Assembly: GCA_963847445.1 (NCBI GenBank)
Contig: CAWJZV010000027.1
Coordinates: 64,001-128,000, forward strand
Direction: 5' to 3'
DNA from: an uncultured delta proteobacterium
GTDB taxonomy: Bacteria > Desulfobacterota > Binatia > UBA9968
DNA length: 64,000 nt
This document shows, in pieces, positions 1 through 10,781 of this stretch (within the stretch, counting starts at the first letter, position 1; every line of letters begins with the position of its first letter). Position numbers and translations under genes: made by a program. A model generated the notes under the pieces. It was given only the letters and a program-made list of their open reading frames with translations. It was not told the origin of the DNA and made no database searches.

Positions 1-312
1 GAAGAGTTATTCGGCCACGTGATCGAGAGACAGCCGGCATTCGCCGAGGGTTGGAACAAGCGCGCGACGGTGCGCTACATGCGCAAAAATTTTAAAGGCT
101 CGATCGCCGACTGCCAGCAAACCTTGGCGCGCAATGCCAATCACTTCGGCGCGGCGGCGGGGCAAGGCCTTTGTCATCTGACGGTGAGCGAGTTTCGCGA
201 AGCGGCGATATGCTTTCGCCGGGCGCTGGAAATCCATCCCCATCTCGATGCCGTGCGCCACAACCTAGCGGCGGCTGAGGCCGAGGGTGGCGGCAGTGGC
301 TATCTCAATTAG
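1..312 (+). CDS. TPR-repeat protein, C-terminal part (starts before window)
   Basis: Open frame from base 1; TPR-like segments AEGWNKRATVRY, NHFGAAAGQGLCH, AAICFRRALEIHP. Confidence 0.8.
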   Translation, partial: EELFGHVIERQPAFAEGWNKRATVRYMRKNFKGSIADCQQTLARNANHFGAAAGQGLCHLTVSEFREAAICFRRALEIHPHLDAVRHNLAAAEAEGGGSGYLN

Positions 313-329
313 ACAAAATTCCTGAACTC

Positions 330-477
330 GTTCCAATCGTTCAAGCCGTTCAAAACGTTCCAATCGTTTAGGATTCGACCTTGTTCAAGGTTCAAGCGTT
401 CAAGGGTTCAATCGGATCGGCTGGCTCGGTGATCTTGAATTCCGGACCTTGAACTTGAACCTTTGAACTTTTGAACG
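330..477. repeat. Short GTTCAA/GTTCCAA repeats followed by inverted TTGAAC repeats
   Basis: Repeated gttcaa units at 330-411 and cttgaac/tttgaac units at ~448-477; the same unit recurs at ~52740-52765. Confidence 0.7.
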
Positions 478-552
478 GATATCCGCAACCTGCTTGACCT
501 TGCCACCGTCGGCACCGTATATGTTCTCGATTAACTTTTGCTTGGAGGTCGG

Positions 553-1110
553 ATGGCTATACGGGTTGCCGGAATTTGTGGGAGTTTGCGCGAGGCTTCG
601 CTAAACAAGGGGTTGCTGAGAGCGGCGGCGGAGTTGGCGCCGGCGGAGATGGAGATTCAAATCTATACGCGGCTGGGAGATATCCCGCCGTACAACGACG
701 ATGTATTCGTCAATGGCGACCCGGAACCGGTGGCGGATATGAAGGCGTTTATCGGCGCTGCCGACGCTATTCTCATCGTCAGTCCGGAATATAATTACGG
801 CGTGCCCGGCGTGTTAAAAAACGCCATCGACTGGGCGTCGCGGCCGAGCGGCAAGTGCGTGCTCAACCGCAAACCGGCGGCGCTGATGGGTTGCTCGCCA
901 GGGCTGGGCGGGACGATTCGCTGCCAGCACGCGCTGCGCCAATCGTTTGTTTTTACCGATACGCATGTCATGTCCCAGCCGGAGATCAAGATTCCCTCGG
1001 CGGCGCCGCTGTTCGATGCCAGCGGTAAACTCACCGACGACAACACCGGTCAACATGTGAAGAGGTTTCTCGAAGCCTTTGCCGTATGGATCGGACGATT
1101 CAAGGATTAG
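553..1110 (+). CDS. NAD(P)H-dependent FMN reductase (ChrR/SsuE-like flavodoxin fold)
   Basis: GSLREASLN, SPEYNYGVPGVLKNAIDWASR motifs; GGAGG RBS before ATG 553. Confidence 0.9.
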   Translation: MAIRVAGICGSLREASLNKGLLRAAAELAPAEMEIQIYTRLGDIPPYNDDVFVNGDPEPVADMKAFIGAADAILIVSPEYNYGVPGVLKNAIDWASRPSGKCVLNRKPAALMGCSPGLGGTIRCQHALRQSFVFTDTHVMSQPEIKIPSAAPLFDASGKLTDDNTGQHVKRFLEAFAVWIGRFKD

Positions 1111-1231
1111 CTGGGTCGGATCGACAAAAGCTGCCATGACGGCATTGACAGTGAACAAGGTCATCGGGTAGTGTCGCCGGAAAATAGCCAGTTGGTTTAT
1201 CGAAAACACTTAGAATACGGGAGGCGACAGT

Positions 1232-2742
1232 ATGTTAAAGAGGTTTGTTATTGCGCTTGCGCTGGTGCTGCTTACTGGATTTAGAGCGAACGGGGCCGAC
1301 ACGACGCTCCAGCAGATCGCCGACGCGCTGGACGTGTCGACGATGAAAACGTTTCAGTTTACCGGCAACGGCAGGATGTGGCATGTCGGACAGATCGACC
1401 AGCCCGATGGCGGCGTGGCCGAGATATTACGTAAAGAGCTTAACCCGCATGTACGACTTCACCGCGGGAGCGATGCGCGATCAAATGGTCCGCACCCAGG
1501 GCGAGGCGCCGCCCAGCGGCGGCGGCGGTCAGCCGCTTGAGGGCGACCAGCAAATCATCGCTCTTGTCAGCGGCGATCTGGCGTGGAACGAGGCCGGCAA
1601 GAACACGCCGGCTCGGCCGCACGAAGCCAACGCTCGGGCGCATGAGCTGGCGATTTCACCGCATGGACTGCGTACGCGCTGCGTTTGCCAGCAATGCCGC
1701 CGTAACCAAGAAAATGATGGATGGGCGCGAGATGACGGTGATCTCGTTCACCGATCAAGGCAAGCGCAAGATCGTCGCCTATGCCAACGATCAGAATGCC
1801 ATCGAGCGTGTGGAATCTAGCTACGGCCATCCCGTGGTGGGCGATATGAAGGTCGTGACCAACTACGGCCCGTACCGCGACTTTGCCGGCGTCAAGTTTC
1901 CCACCAAGATCGTTCAGTACCAGGACGGTTTGCCGGCTCTGGATATTACGGTGACGGCGGTGCGCGCCAATCCGACTTTCAATGTCGAAGTGCCGGCCAA
2001 CGTGCGCTCCACGCCGACGACGGTGAAGTCCGAAAAGACCGCGGACGGCGTTTGGTTCATCGGCGGCGACTCGCATAATTCCGTTTTGGTCGAGATGAAA
2101 GACTATTTAATCGTCGTCGAAGCACCGTTGGGCGATCACCGCTCGATGGCGGTGATCGCGGAGGTCAAGAAGCTGGTGCCGAGCAAGCCGATCAAGTACT
2201 TGGTCAACACCCATCATCACTTCGATCACTCCGGCGGCATTCGCGCCTACGCGGCGGAAGGAGTGACGATCGTCACTCATGAAGCTCAACCGGCCGTATT
2301 TCGAGCGGGCGGCGTTGAATACTTGGAGTCTCGCTCCGGACCGCTTGGCGAAGTCGAAGAAGAAGCCGGTTTTCCAAACCATGGGCGATAACATGGTGTT
2401 GACCGATGGCGCGCGCTCCGTGGAGCTTTATCAGATCGTCGGCAACGCACACCATGACGGCTTCGTCATGGCGTACCTGCGCAAAGAGAAACTGCTGATC
2501 GAAGCGGACGCTTTCAGTCCTCGCGGCGTGCCCAAAACACCCGATCCATTTACCGTCAACCTGGAAGCCAACGTGCGGCGTCTGAATATCGAAGTGGAGC
2601 GGGTTCTGCCGATCCATGGTTCGGTGGTGCCCTACGTCGAGGTGATGAAAGCGATCGGCAAAGATCCGGCGGCGGCGAAAAAACCACCGGCGGAAAAACC
2701 ACCTGCGGAAAAGGCACCGCCGGCAAAGCACCGGCGAAGTAG
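1232..2742 (+). CDS. Secreted MBL-fold metallo-hydrolase, paralog 1 (split by several indels)
   Basis: Signal peptide, NTHHHFDHSGG motif; fragments in ORFs 1232, 1383, 1537, 2279; Pro/Lys/Ala tail, probable true stop TAG 2740-2742. Confidence 0.8.
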
Positions 2743-2877
2743 TCAGCCTGTAAACGGGCAAAGGCGCGAGCGCGGCAATGGGCCGCGTCTCGCGCCTTTT
2801 TTTGTCTTGTAACTTTCCCGCGGCTGACATATGAAGTTGTCGATCCAGGATTTTATTGACAAATCAGGAGGCTGTTT

Positions 2878-4329
2878 ATGTTTACCAGGCTCGTAGCGGC
2901 GCTCGCGCTGGTCGCGCTCATGGGATTCCGCGTGGAGGCTCAGGAGACCGATCTCCAGCGGATCGCCGATGCGCTCGACGTGTCGACGACTAAGACGTTT
3001 CAGTTCACGGCTAATGGCACGATGTATTCCCTCGGCCAGAGCACCAGTCCGGCGGCGGCGTGGCCGAGGCAGTTCGTGAAAAGTTGACGCGGGTTTACGA
3101 TTTCACCGCGGGGGCGATGCGCGATGAAGTCGTGCGCATGGCGGGGGAGACGATCGACCGTCGGACCTGAGGCACGACACGGTCATACGTGGTCAGCGGC
3201 GACCACGCCTGGAACGAGGCCGGCAAGGATATGGTGCCGAGGCTCTGGGAGGCCAATGACCGTGCTCATCAGATTGTGATCTCGCCCCACGGCATACTCC
3301 GCGCGGCGTTTGCCAACAACGCGAGCGGTCACGAAGAAGACTATCGAAGGGCGGCAGATGACTGTTATTTCATTTACCGACCGGGGCAAACACAAGGTGG
3401 TTGCCTACGCCAACGATCAGAACGCCATCGAGTGGGTCGAGTCTTCTTACGGCCATCCGGTCGTCGGCGATATCAAGGTGGTGACCTATTACGGTCCCTA
3501 TCGCGACTTTGCCGGCGTTAAGTTTCCGACCAAGATTATTCAGTATCAGGACGGCAAGCCGACTTTGGATTTGACGGTGACGGCCGTCAGAGCCAATCCG
3601 CCGGTGGATATCGAGGTTCCCGCCAATGTGCGTAGCGATCCGGTGCCGGTGAAATCCGAGAAGGCGGCGGACGGGGTTTGGTACATCACCGGCGGCTCGG
3701 CGTCACAGCGTGCTGATCGAAATGAAAGATTATTTGATCGTCGTCGAAGCGCCGCATGGCGAACGACGTTCGCTGGCGGTGATGGCAGAAGTGAAAAAGC
3801 TGGTGCCGAACAAGCCGATCAAGTATCTGGTCAATACGCACCATCACTTCGACCACTCTTCGCGGCATGCGCGCGTACGCGGCCGAGGGCGTCACGATCG
3901 TCACCCATGAAGTCAACCGGCCGTATTATGAACGCGCGGCGGCTTAATTCTTGGAACTTCGAGCCCGGATCGTCTTGGCGAAGTCGAAGAAGAAGCCGGT
4001 GTTTCAGACCATGGGCGACAACATGGTCTTGACCGACGGCACGCGCTCGGTGGAACTCTATCAGATCATCGGCAACGCGCATCACGATGGCATCGTCATG
4101 GCGTATTTGCGCAAGGAAAAACTTCTGATCGAGGCCGATGTCTTTACTCCGGGTCCGGCGGGCGCGGAGCCGCCCAAGGTTCCCAATCCGTTTTCGGTCA
4201 ACCTGGAAGCCAACGTTCGGCGCTTGAACATCGACGTCGACTCGCATCGTGCCGATTCATGGCCGCATCGTGCCGTACAGCGAGTTGCTCGCCGCCATCG
4301 GCAAGAAGCCGGCGCCGGCGAAGAAGTAG
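2878..4329 (+). CDS. Secreted MBL-fold metallo-hydrolase, paralog 2 (split by several indels)
   Basis: Colinear with paralog 1 (ADALDVST, YGPYRDFAGVKFPTKI, NTHHHFDH, KEKLLIEAD); GGAGG RBS. Confidence 0.8.
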
Positions 4330-4340
4330 GTAAACTGCAA

Positions 4341-4419
4341 TTGGAGTGATGGAATGATGGAGTGTCGGAGCGATGGGAATTCGCAAACCCAGTACTCCAT
4401 CACTCCATTCCACTCCAAT
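4341..4419. repeat. GGAGTGATGG / CTCCATCACTCC inverted intergenic repeat
   Basis: ttggagtgatggaatgatggagt ... actccatcactccattccactccaa; same family at ~49906-50010 and 51074-51148. Confidence 0.75.
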
Positions 4420-4452
4420 GCCCTGGCTCCTCTTTCACCTTTTCCAACTTCG

Positions 4453-5484
4453 ATGAAAAATATCATTGCCAGTCTCACGTTTCTTCTCTTAACGCACGGC
4501 AACGCCGGGGCGCAGACGCCGTACTATCAAGGCAAGACCTTGCGCATCTTTGTCGGCTACCAAGCCGGCGACACCCATGATCTGTGGTCGCGCGCCTACG
4601 CGCGCCATATGGGCAAGCATATCCCCGGCAATCCGTCCTTGGTGGTGCAGAACATGCCGGGCGCCGGGTCGATGGTGGCGGCCAATCACGTTTATAGTGT
4701 CGCCAAGCCGGACGGCCTGACCTTAGGCTCCATCGCTCCCGGTCTTTACCTGCCGCAACTCACCGGCAGCAAAGAGGTCAAATTCGATTGGGCGAAATTC
4801 TCCTGGATTGGCACCCCCGAGCATAATGGCACCTTGTTGTTCATGCGCGCCGACGCGCCGTTCAAATCCATCGAGGACATTCGCAAGGCGAAGGATGGGC
4901 CTAAGTGTTCGGCCACGGGAGTGGGCACCAGCGGCCATCTGATTCCGCGCTTGCTCGAAGAGACGCTGAATTTGAAATTTCAAATCGTCACCGGTTATCC
5001 CGGCGGCTCCGATCAAGACTTGGCGCTCGAGCGGGGCGAAGTGCAGTGCCGCGCGATCACGGTGGCGGCCTATTTCGGGCGCGAGCCGTTTATCAGTTGG
5101 TACAAAAAGGGCTTCGTGCGCATCTTGATTCAAACTTCGCGCAAGCGCCATCCGAAGATCCCCGAAGTGCCGACGCTTTGGGAGATCATGGAGAAAGAAA
5201 AAGTTGCCGAAGCCAACCGCCGCTTAGCCGTCGTCGCTCTTGGCTCCGGTGGCTTCGGTTCCTGGCCGATCGTATCCACGCCTGGAATACCGGCTGATCG
5301 CTTGAAGATTCTGCGCGAGGCCTATGCTAAGACACTGCAAGAGCCGGATCTCCTGGACGAAGCGAAAAAGCGCGGTTGGGAACTGCGTCCGGTCGGTGGC
5401 GAAGATCTCGCGACCCTGGCCAAGGAAGTGAGCGCGCAACCGGCCGACGTGGTCGAGCGTATGAAGAAGCTGATGGGCGGATGA
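4453..5484 (+). CDS. Bug/TctC-family tripartite tricarboxylate transporter substrate-binding protein
   Basis: Signal peptide; KHIPGNP..VVQNMPGAGS, KPDGLTLG, GYPGG..LALERGEV motifs. Confidence 0.88.
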   Translation: MKNIIASLTFLLLTHGNAGAQTPYYQGKTLRIFVGYQAGDTHDLWSRAYARHMGKHIPGNPSLVVQNMPGAGSMVAANHVYSVAKPDGLTLGSIAPGLYLPQLTGSKEVKFDWAKFSWIGTPEHNGTLLFMRADAPFKSIEDIRKAKDGPKCSATGVGTSGHLIPRLLEETLNLKFQIVTGYPGGSDQDLALERGEVQCRAITVAAYFGREPFISWYKKGFVRILIQTSRKRHPKIPEVPTLWEIMEKEKVAEANRRLAVVALGSGGFGSWPIVSTPGIPADRLKILREAYAKTLQEPDLLDEAKKRGWELRPVGGEDLATLAKEVSAQPADVVERMKKLMGG

Positions 5485-5621
5485 GATGGGCAGGAGGCGT
5501 GAGTTGCCGAGGAGCGCATAGGAAACCAGCGGATTCTCAGCTAGCGCCCAACGTAAACTTGTGAACCTTCACGAGGTCCAATATTATAAATACATAGTAT
5601 TGACCCGTGGGAGAGAGAGTC

Positions 5622-5819
5622 ATGAAAACTTCTTCGTTGCGAAAGAAACACGTGCAAATAGATCAGCGCAAGCTCAACCGCGCGTTGCGTATACTAAAAG
5701 TACGTACGGTAACTGAAGCATTGGATGGCGCGCTCAGCGTCGTTGTCAGCGAGGATAAAATAAACACTGCGTTACGAAAAGTCCGGGGCAAAGGGCGCAT
5801 TCGAAAAGTCTTCGAATAA
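5622..5819 (+). CDS. Putative VapB-type antitoxin
   Basis: 65 aa basic protein ending 1 nt before a PIN toxin start. Confidence 0.7.
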   Translation: MKTSSLRKKHVQIDQRKLNRALRILKVRTVTEALDGALSVVVSEDKINTALRKVRGKGRIRKVFE

Positions 5820-5820
5820 A

Positions 5821-6258
5821 ATGCAGCGGGTAGTTATCGACACCAATATCTACATCGATTGGCTTAACGAAGGCCGACATGAAGACATTATTTTTCAGAG
5901 AGAGATAGTCAAGCATCTTAGCGCGGTGGTGCTGATGGAGTTGTTGGCGGGAGCGTTTTCCATCCGCGACCGTAGACTTATTCGCGACTTCACCCTCCCT
6001 TTCGCCAAAGCCAACCGAATGGTTACGCCGACAGTTTTGATTTATCAGGAGGCCGGCGATGTGTTACGACGGCTTCAACGTGTGCGCGGTTACTCCATCC
6101 CTAGGGTTTACGGTCTCGTGAATGATGTGCTCATTGCGCTGTCGGCTCGCTCGATTGGCGCGAGTGTGATCACCCAAAACGAACGCGACTTTTTGGCTAT
6201 TCAATCAGTGCGGCCGTTTAAGCTGGTGGTGCAGCCGTCGACCAGCGGAGCAAATTAA
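5821..6258 (+). CDS. vapC: PIN-domain VapC toxin
   Basis: VVIDTNIYI, SAVVLMEL, NDVLIALSA, ITQNERDF acidic PIN residues. Confidence 0.88.
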   Translation: MQRVVIDTNIYIDWLNEGRHEDIIFQREIVKHLSAVVLMELLAGAFSIRDRRLIRDFTLPFAKANRMVTPTVLIYQEAGDVLRRLQRVRGYSIPRVYGLVNDVLIALSARSIGASVITQNERDFLAIQSVRPFKLVVQPSTSGAN

Positions 6259-6302
6259 TGGTGACTTGCTTGGTGGCAAGCAATCCTGATTAAGGGGACG
6301 TC

Positions 6303-7331
6303 ATGAAAAAGCTTTTTTTTAGCTTCGTGCTGATAGTTTTATCGCTCGGCAATGCCGGCGCCCAGGCGCCGTTCTATCAGAATAAGACCGTGACCATCGT
6401 CGTCGGCTACCTGGCGGGCGATGGCTATGATATCTGGGCGCGGCTCTTGGCGGCGCATATGGGCAAGCATATTCCGGGCAATCCTAACTTCGTGGTGAAT
6501 AACATGCCCGGCGCCGGGTCGATGATCGCGGCTAACAATATTTACAACGTCGCCAAGCCGGACGGTCTGACGATGGCGGCCATCGGGCCGTCGCTGTATC
6601 TCGATCAGGTGATCGGCAAGAAAGAAGTGCAATTCGATTGGGCCAAATTCGGTTGGGTCGGCTCGACGGAGAATACCCCATGGCTGTTCTACATGAGCAC
6701 GAACACGCCGTTCAAAACCATCGACGATGTGCGCAAGGCCAAGGAAGCGCCCAAGTGTTCGGCCACCAGCAGCGGCACCAGCGGCCATTTCATTCCTAAG
6801 CTACTCGAGGAGGCGATGGGGGCAAAATTCACCGTCGTCATGGGCTATCAGGGCGGTTCGGAACAGGATTTAGCCTTCGAGCGTGGCGAGGTGGTTTGCC
6901 GCGCGCTCAGCATCCCGACTTTTTTCGCGCGTGAGCCGTTTACCACCTGGCGCAAGAAAAATATGGTGCGCATCCTGTTGCAGACCGGCCGCAAGCGCGA
7001 TGCCAAGATGCCCGACGTGCCGACGATCCATGAGTTGATGACGGAGTACAAGACGCCGGCTTCGACTCGGGCTCTGGTCATGGCGATCCTGGCCTCCGGC
7101 GATCTCGGCCGACCGTTTGTCACGCCGCCGGGGCTTCCCGCTGAACGTTTAAAAATCCTGCGCGAAGCCTTTCGCAAGACCATGGCCGACCCTGGGTTCT
7201 TGGCCGACGTCAAAGCGCGCAAGTTAGAGATCGACCCCGACTATGGCGAACAGTTGGAAGCCCTGGCCAAAGAGATCGTCTCCCAGCCGCGCGAGATTTC
7301 CGATCGCATGAAGAAACTGCTATCTGAGTAG
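6303..7331 (+). CDS. Bug/TctC-family substrate-binding protein, paralog of 4453-5484
   Basis: Signal peptide; HMGKHIPGNP, NMPGAGS, KPDGLT, LAFERGEV. Confidence 0.88.
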   Translation: MKKLFFSFVLIVLSLGNAGAQAPFYQNKTVTIVVGYLAGDGYDIWARLLAAHMGKHIPGNPNFVVNNMPGAGSMIAANNIYNVAKPDGLTMAAIGPSLYLDQVIGKKEVQFDWAKFGWVGSTENTPWLFYMSTNTPFKTIDDVRKAKEAPKCSATSSGTSGHFIPKLLEEAMGAKFTVVMGYQGGSEQDLAFERGEVVCRALSIPTFFAREPFTTWRKKNMVRILLQTGRKRDAKMPDVPTIHELMTEYKTPASTRALVMAILASGDLGRPFVTPPGLPAERLKILREAFRKTMADPGFLADVKARKLEIDPDYGEQLEALAKEIVSQPREISDRMKKLLSE

Positions 7332-7595
7332 CCCGCTAGATGGTGGCACGTGCGCTCCAAACTGTTCGGCCTTCTGGGCGACAGTCTTAAGACAACTTAC
7401 CTGTGGCTGTCAGTTTGGTCTGAGTGGCGCCGTTTCGGCGGGTCTGCTAATCACTGCTAATTGTTTTTGTCCGGCCGCCATTTGAGATCGTGGCGAACGC
7501 GCCGGCTAAAAACTTGCCGGTCATGTCTGGCGGGAAATTTCCAATATGTTAGCTGTGGGAGAAACGATGCCATCTAGTCTGTGGAGAGTTCGCCC

Positions 7596-8087
7596 ATGTC
7601 GCAAGTGAAGTGTCCGAGTTGTTCCCGCGAGTTTGTCCGGCGCGTTGTCAGAGCCGGCCTGAAGGATCGGCTGGCGGGCTGGTTTTTCATTTATCCCTTC
7701 AAGTGCCAGATTTGCGGCTTGCGCTTTCGTTCACTTAAGTGGGGCGTGCGCTACCTCCGGCTGCGCCCGGACCATCGCGAATATGACCGGATGGGGATGA
7801 ATTTCCCGGTGCTGTTTCGCGGCGATCAGTTTGACGGCGTCGGCAGCGTGACGGATATTTCCATGGGCGGCTGTAGCTTCACCACGGCGAGCAAACTCAC
7901 CAAGCGCGCGATCATGCGGCTGGAACTCAAGGTGTCCGAGGAGGCCGCGCCGGTGATTGTCGAGCTCGCGGTGCTGCGCCATTGGCACAATCAACTCGCC
8001 GGTGTCGAGTTTCTGCGCTGCGATGAAAAAGAGCGTGAGCGCTTGCAGCTCTTCGTTCACGGTTTGCTGATCGGACGAAGATCGTAA
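7596..8087 (+). CDS. Zinc-ribbon + PilZ domain protein
   Basis: CPSC..CQIC at N-terminus; PilZ motifs REYDR (RxxxR) and DISMGG (DxSxxG). Confidence 0.8.
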   Translation: MSQVKCPSCSREFVRRVVRAGLKDRLAGWFFIYPFKCQICGLRFRSLKWGVRYLRLRPDHREYDRMGMNFPVLFRGDQFDGVGSVTDISMGGCSFTTASKLTKRAIMRLELKVSEEAAPVIVELAVLRHWHNQLAGVEFLRCDEKERERLQLFVHGLLIGRRS

Positions 8088-8091
8088 AAAC

Positions 8092-10039
8092 CTATTGAAT
8101 AGCTTCTCTCACTGCCGGGGCTCTGCGCCGCCGGTACTGTAAAATCCCAGCCATGCCAAATAGGCCGATGCCGATTACATCTTGTATGAGGCTCGGATAG
8201 ACCAGCACCAGCCCGGCGGCGATCAGGATTGCCCGTTCGGCTATTGTGGTTTTGACCAGCAACCAGCCGGTCAGGCCGGCGGCGAGGGCGGCGAGGCCGG
8301 CCGCCGCGGTGGCGGTGGTCCACAGGATATTGCTCCATTCGCCCTTCAACAGTAAGCCGATGCCGTCGGGATGAAGCGTGAACATGAACGGCACGAGGAA
8401 CGCCGGCGCGGTGTATTTCCACGCCATCATGGTCGTCTTGTATGGGCTGCCGCCGGTGATCGCCGCGGCGGCAAAGGGCGACAGCGCCGTGGGCGGCGAG
8501 ACCTCCGAGAGCACGGCATAGTAAAAAATAAACATATGCGCGGCGTACTCGGGGATGCCCAACTTGATCATTGCCGGCGCGGTAATCACGGCGGCGATGA
8601 TATACGACGCCGTCACCGGCACGGCGAGGCCCAAGAGCCACAATGACAATGCGGTATAGAGGACGGTGAGGAACAGATTGTTGCCGGCGAGGGTGAGGAT
8701 GATCAGGGAAAACTTTAGGCCGAGGCCGGTAAGCGTGACGACGCCGACGATGATGCCGGCGGTGGCGCAGGTGGAGGCCACCGACAAGACATCGACGGTG
8801 CCCTTTTCGAACAGCCGCCAGATTTTTGCCGGCGTGAGCGCGGTGTCGCGCCGAATGTAGCTCAACGCGATGCCGAGGACGATGGCATAGGCCGACCGAA
8901 AGAATCGCGGTATAGCCCCACAGCATGAAGCCGACGATGGCGATCAACGACAAGAAGTGAAAGCCGTATTTGCGCGTCAGACTCCACATGCTATCGCCCT
9001 CGACGGCGATCGGTATGGCGCCGAATTTTCTCGCGTCGAGTTCGACCATGGTGAAGATCGACCAGTAATAGAGCAGCGTCGGAATCGCCGCCATGGCGAG
9101 CACGTCGAGGTAGGAAATCTTGAGAAACTCGGCGATGAGAAACGCCGCGGCGCCCAGTACCGGCGGCGAGATGATCGCGCCAATGCCGCCGGCGGACAGC
9201 AGCCCGCCGGCCGAGTCCTTGTCGTAGCCGGCTTTGGCGAGCAGCGGCCAGGCAACGGAACCCAGGGTCACGGTGGTCGCCACGCCGGAACCGGAAGGTC
9301 CACCGAGTAAGAACGATGCGAGCGTGACCGTGCGCCCGGCGGCGGCGGGTTTGCCGCCGGTGGCGGCTAGGGAAAAATTCACGTAGAACTCACCGGCTTT
9401 GGAAAACTCCAACACCGCGCCATAGATCGTGAAGAGAATAATAAACGTCGCGGCGACGTCGAGGGGCACGCCGAAGATGCCTTCGAGGGTGATGTACATA
9501 TGACCGACCAGGCGGTCAAGCTGGTAACCTTGATGGGTCCACGGCGGCGGTAAATAGGCGCCGAAACTGGCATAGGCGAGAAAACCGATGGCAACCACAG
9601 GCAGTACCCAGCCGGTGGTGCGCCGGGTCGCTTCGAAAACCAAGAGCATGGTGAGGGCGCCAAAAATCTGATCCATCTGGGTCGGCAGGGCGGCGCGGTA
9701 AATAAACTCTTCGAAATCCCACAGCGGGTAGGCGACGACGGCGATGCTGGCGAGCGCCAGGAGCCAGTCATGCCAGGGAATCCAGGTACTATTGGCGCTG
9801 CGATGGGTCGGATAGATTAGGAAAGAAAGCGTCAGTGCGAGGCCGAGGAAAACCAGCCGCAACACTTGCGCGGTGACGCTCGCCCACGCCCAGTAGAGAA
9901 ATACCAGCGACATGCCGACGGCCAGCGCCGACGTGATTTTGCCGATGGCGCCGGTCAAATGGCGCCGCGGTCCTGCCTCTTGCTCGATGAATCGCTGCGC
10001 CGCCTCGAGGTGAGATGGGTCGATGGAACCTTCAGCCAT
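8092..10039 (-). CDS. TRAP transporter fused 4TM/12TM permease (TAXI-associated DctQM), one indel near 8890
   Basis: EGIFGVPL, GGPSGSGVA, AHMFIFYYAVLSEVSPP motifs across ORFs 8057-10039 and 8092-8865. Confidence 0.88.
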
Positions 10040-10781
10040 GGGCGCTGCTTTTGCAGGATGCGACGGTCAATCGCAGCGCGCCGGTCGGTCGGATCGTAAG
10101 CGGTTTGGAGTCGTAACGACGATCGAAATAAAGAGCCATGGCGGCGTCGGCGCTGATGTTTAGGTTGAGCGAGGGCAGCAGCACCGGCGGCGGGTTGACT
10201 ACCCACGCGCCGTTTTCGAGGTCGGCATTCTCATAGCCGTAGAAATCCACCAAGCGCGCTTCGCTGTAGCGTAGTTGAGTCAATTGAAAACCGTCGCGCC
10301 GCAGCGAAAACACTTCTTCGACTTGGCTGCCGTAGATCGAGTGGCGGAAACTGAGGCGCATGGCGCCGCCGAGATCCATGGGTACGCTACGTTGTCCGCC
10401 CGTGTCGCTCGTTAGCTCAACGCAGATCGATTGAGTTTTGTCCGATGTCCAGGCTTCGAACGGCGAGTCTGAGAATTGCGGCGGTGTCTGCATCGCCGCT
10501 TTGAAGAAGAGACGTGACGCGATGGGGCGATTTGCCTTGGACGTCATCCGAGCTGCAGCAGAGATTTGCTGTCTGCTACTTACAAAGACGATTCCTCGGC
10601 TGCGCCTCGAATGCCAGTTCGACACAGTTCCAATGGGGAGTAGGCGAATTCCAGGCGACGATTGTGCTCGGCGAATATTTTGCGGCTGGCTGTTGCTCGC
10701 CGGATAAATCACCGCAACCAAGGCGCAGAGCGCGATGCCGCAGGCTGAACTGCTCCGCCTGAATGTCGCCGGTGGGATCAT
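10032..10781 (-). CDS. DUF1850-like protein (start uncertain)
   Basis: LSFRHSIYGSQVEEVF motif; lies between TAXI binding protein and permease, overlapping both. Confidence 0.65.
   Translation of the reverse strand: MIPPATFRRSSSACGIALCALVAVIYPASNSQPQNIRRAQSSPGIRLLPIGTVSNWHSRRSRGIVFVSSRQQISAAARMTSKANRPIASRLFFKAAMQTPPQFSDSPFEAWTSDKTQSICVELTSDTGGQRSVPMDLGGAMRLSFRHSIYGSQVEEVFSLRRDGFQLTQLRYSEARLVDFYGYENADLENGAWVVNPPPVLLPSLNLNISADAAMALYFDRRYDSKPLTIRPTGALRLTVASCKSSAHG

Noticed and set aside
3085-3087. In-frame TGA in MBL paralog 2 as selenocysteine
   Set aside because: Paralog 1 reads VKSLTR here; a missing T creates the TGA and homology continues in another frame
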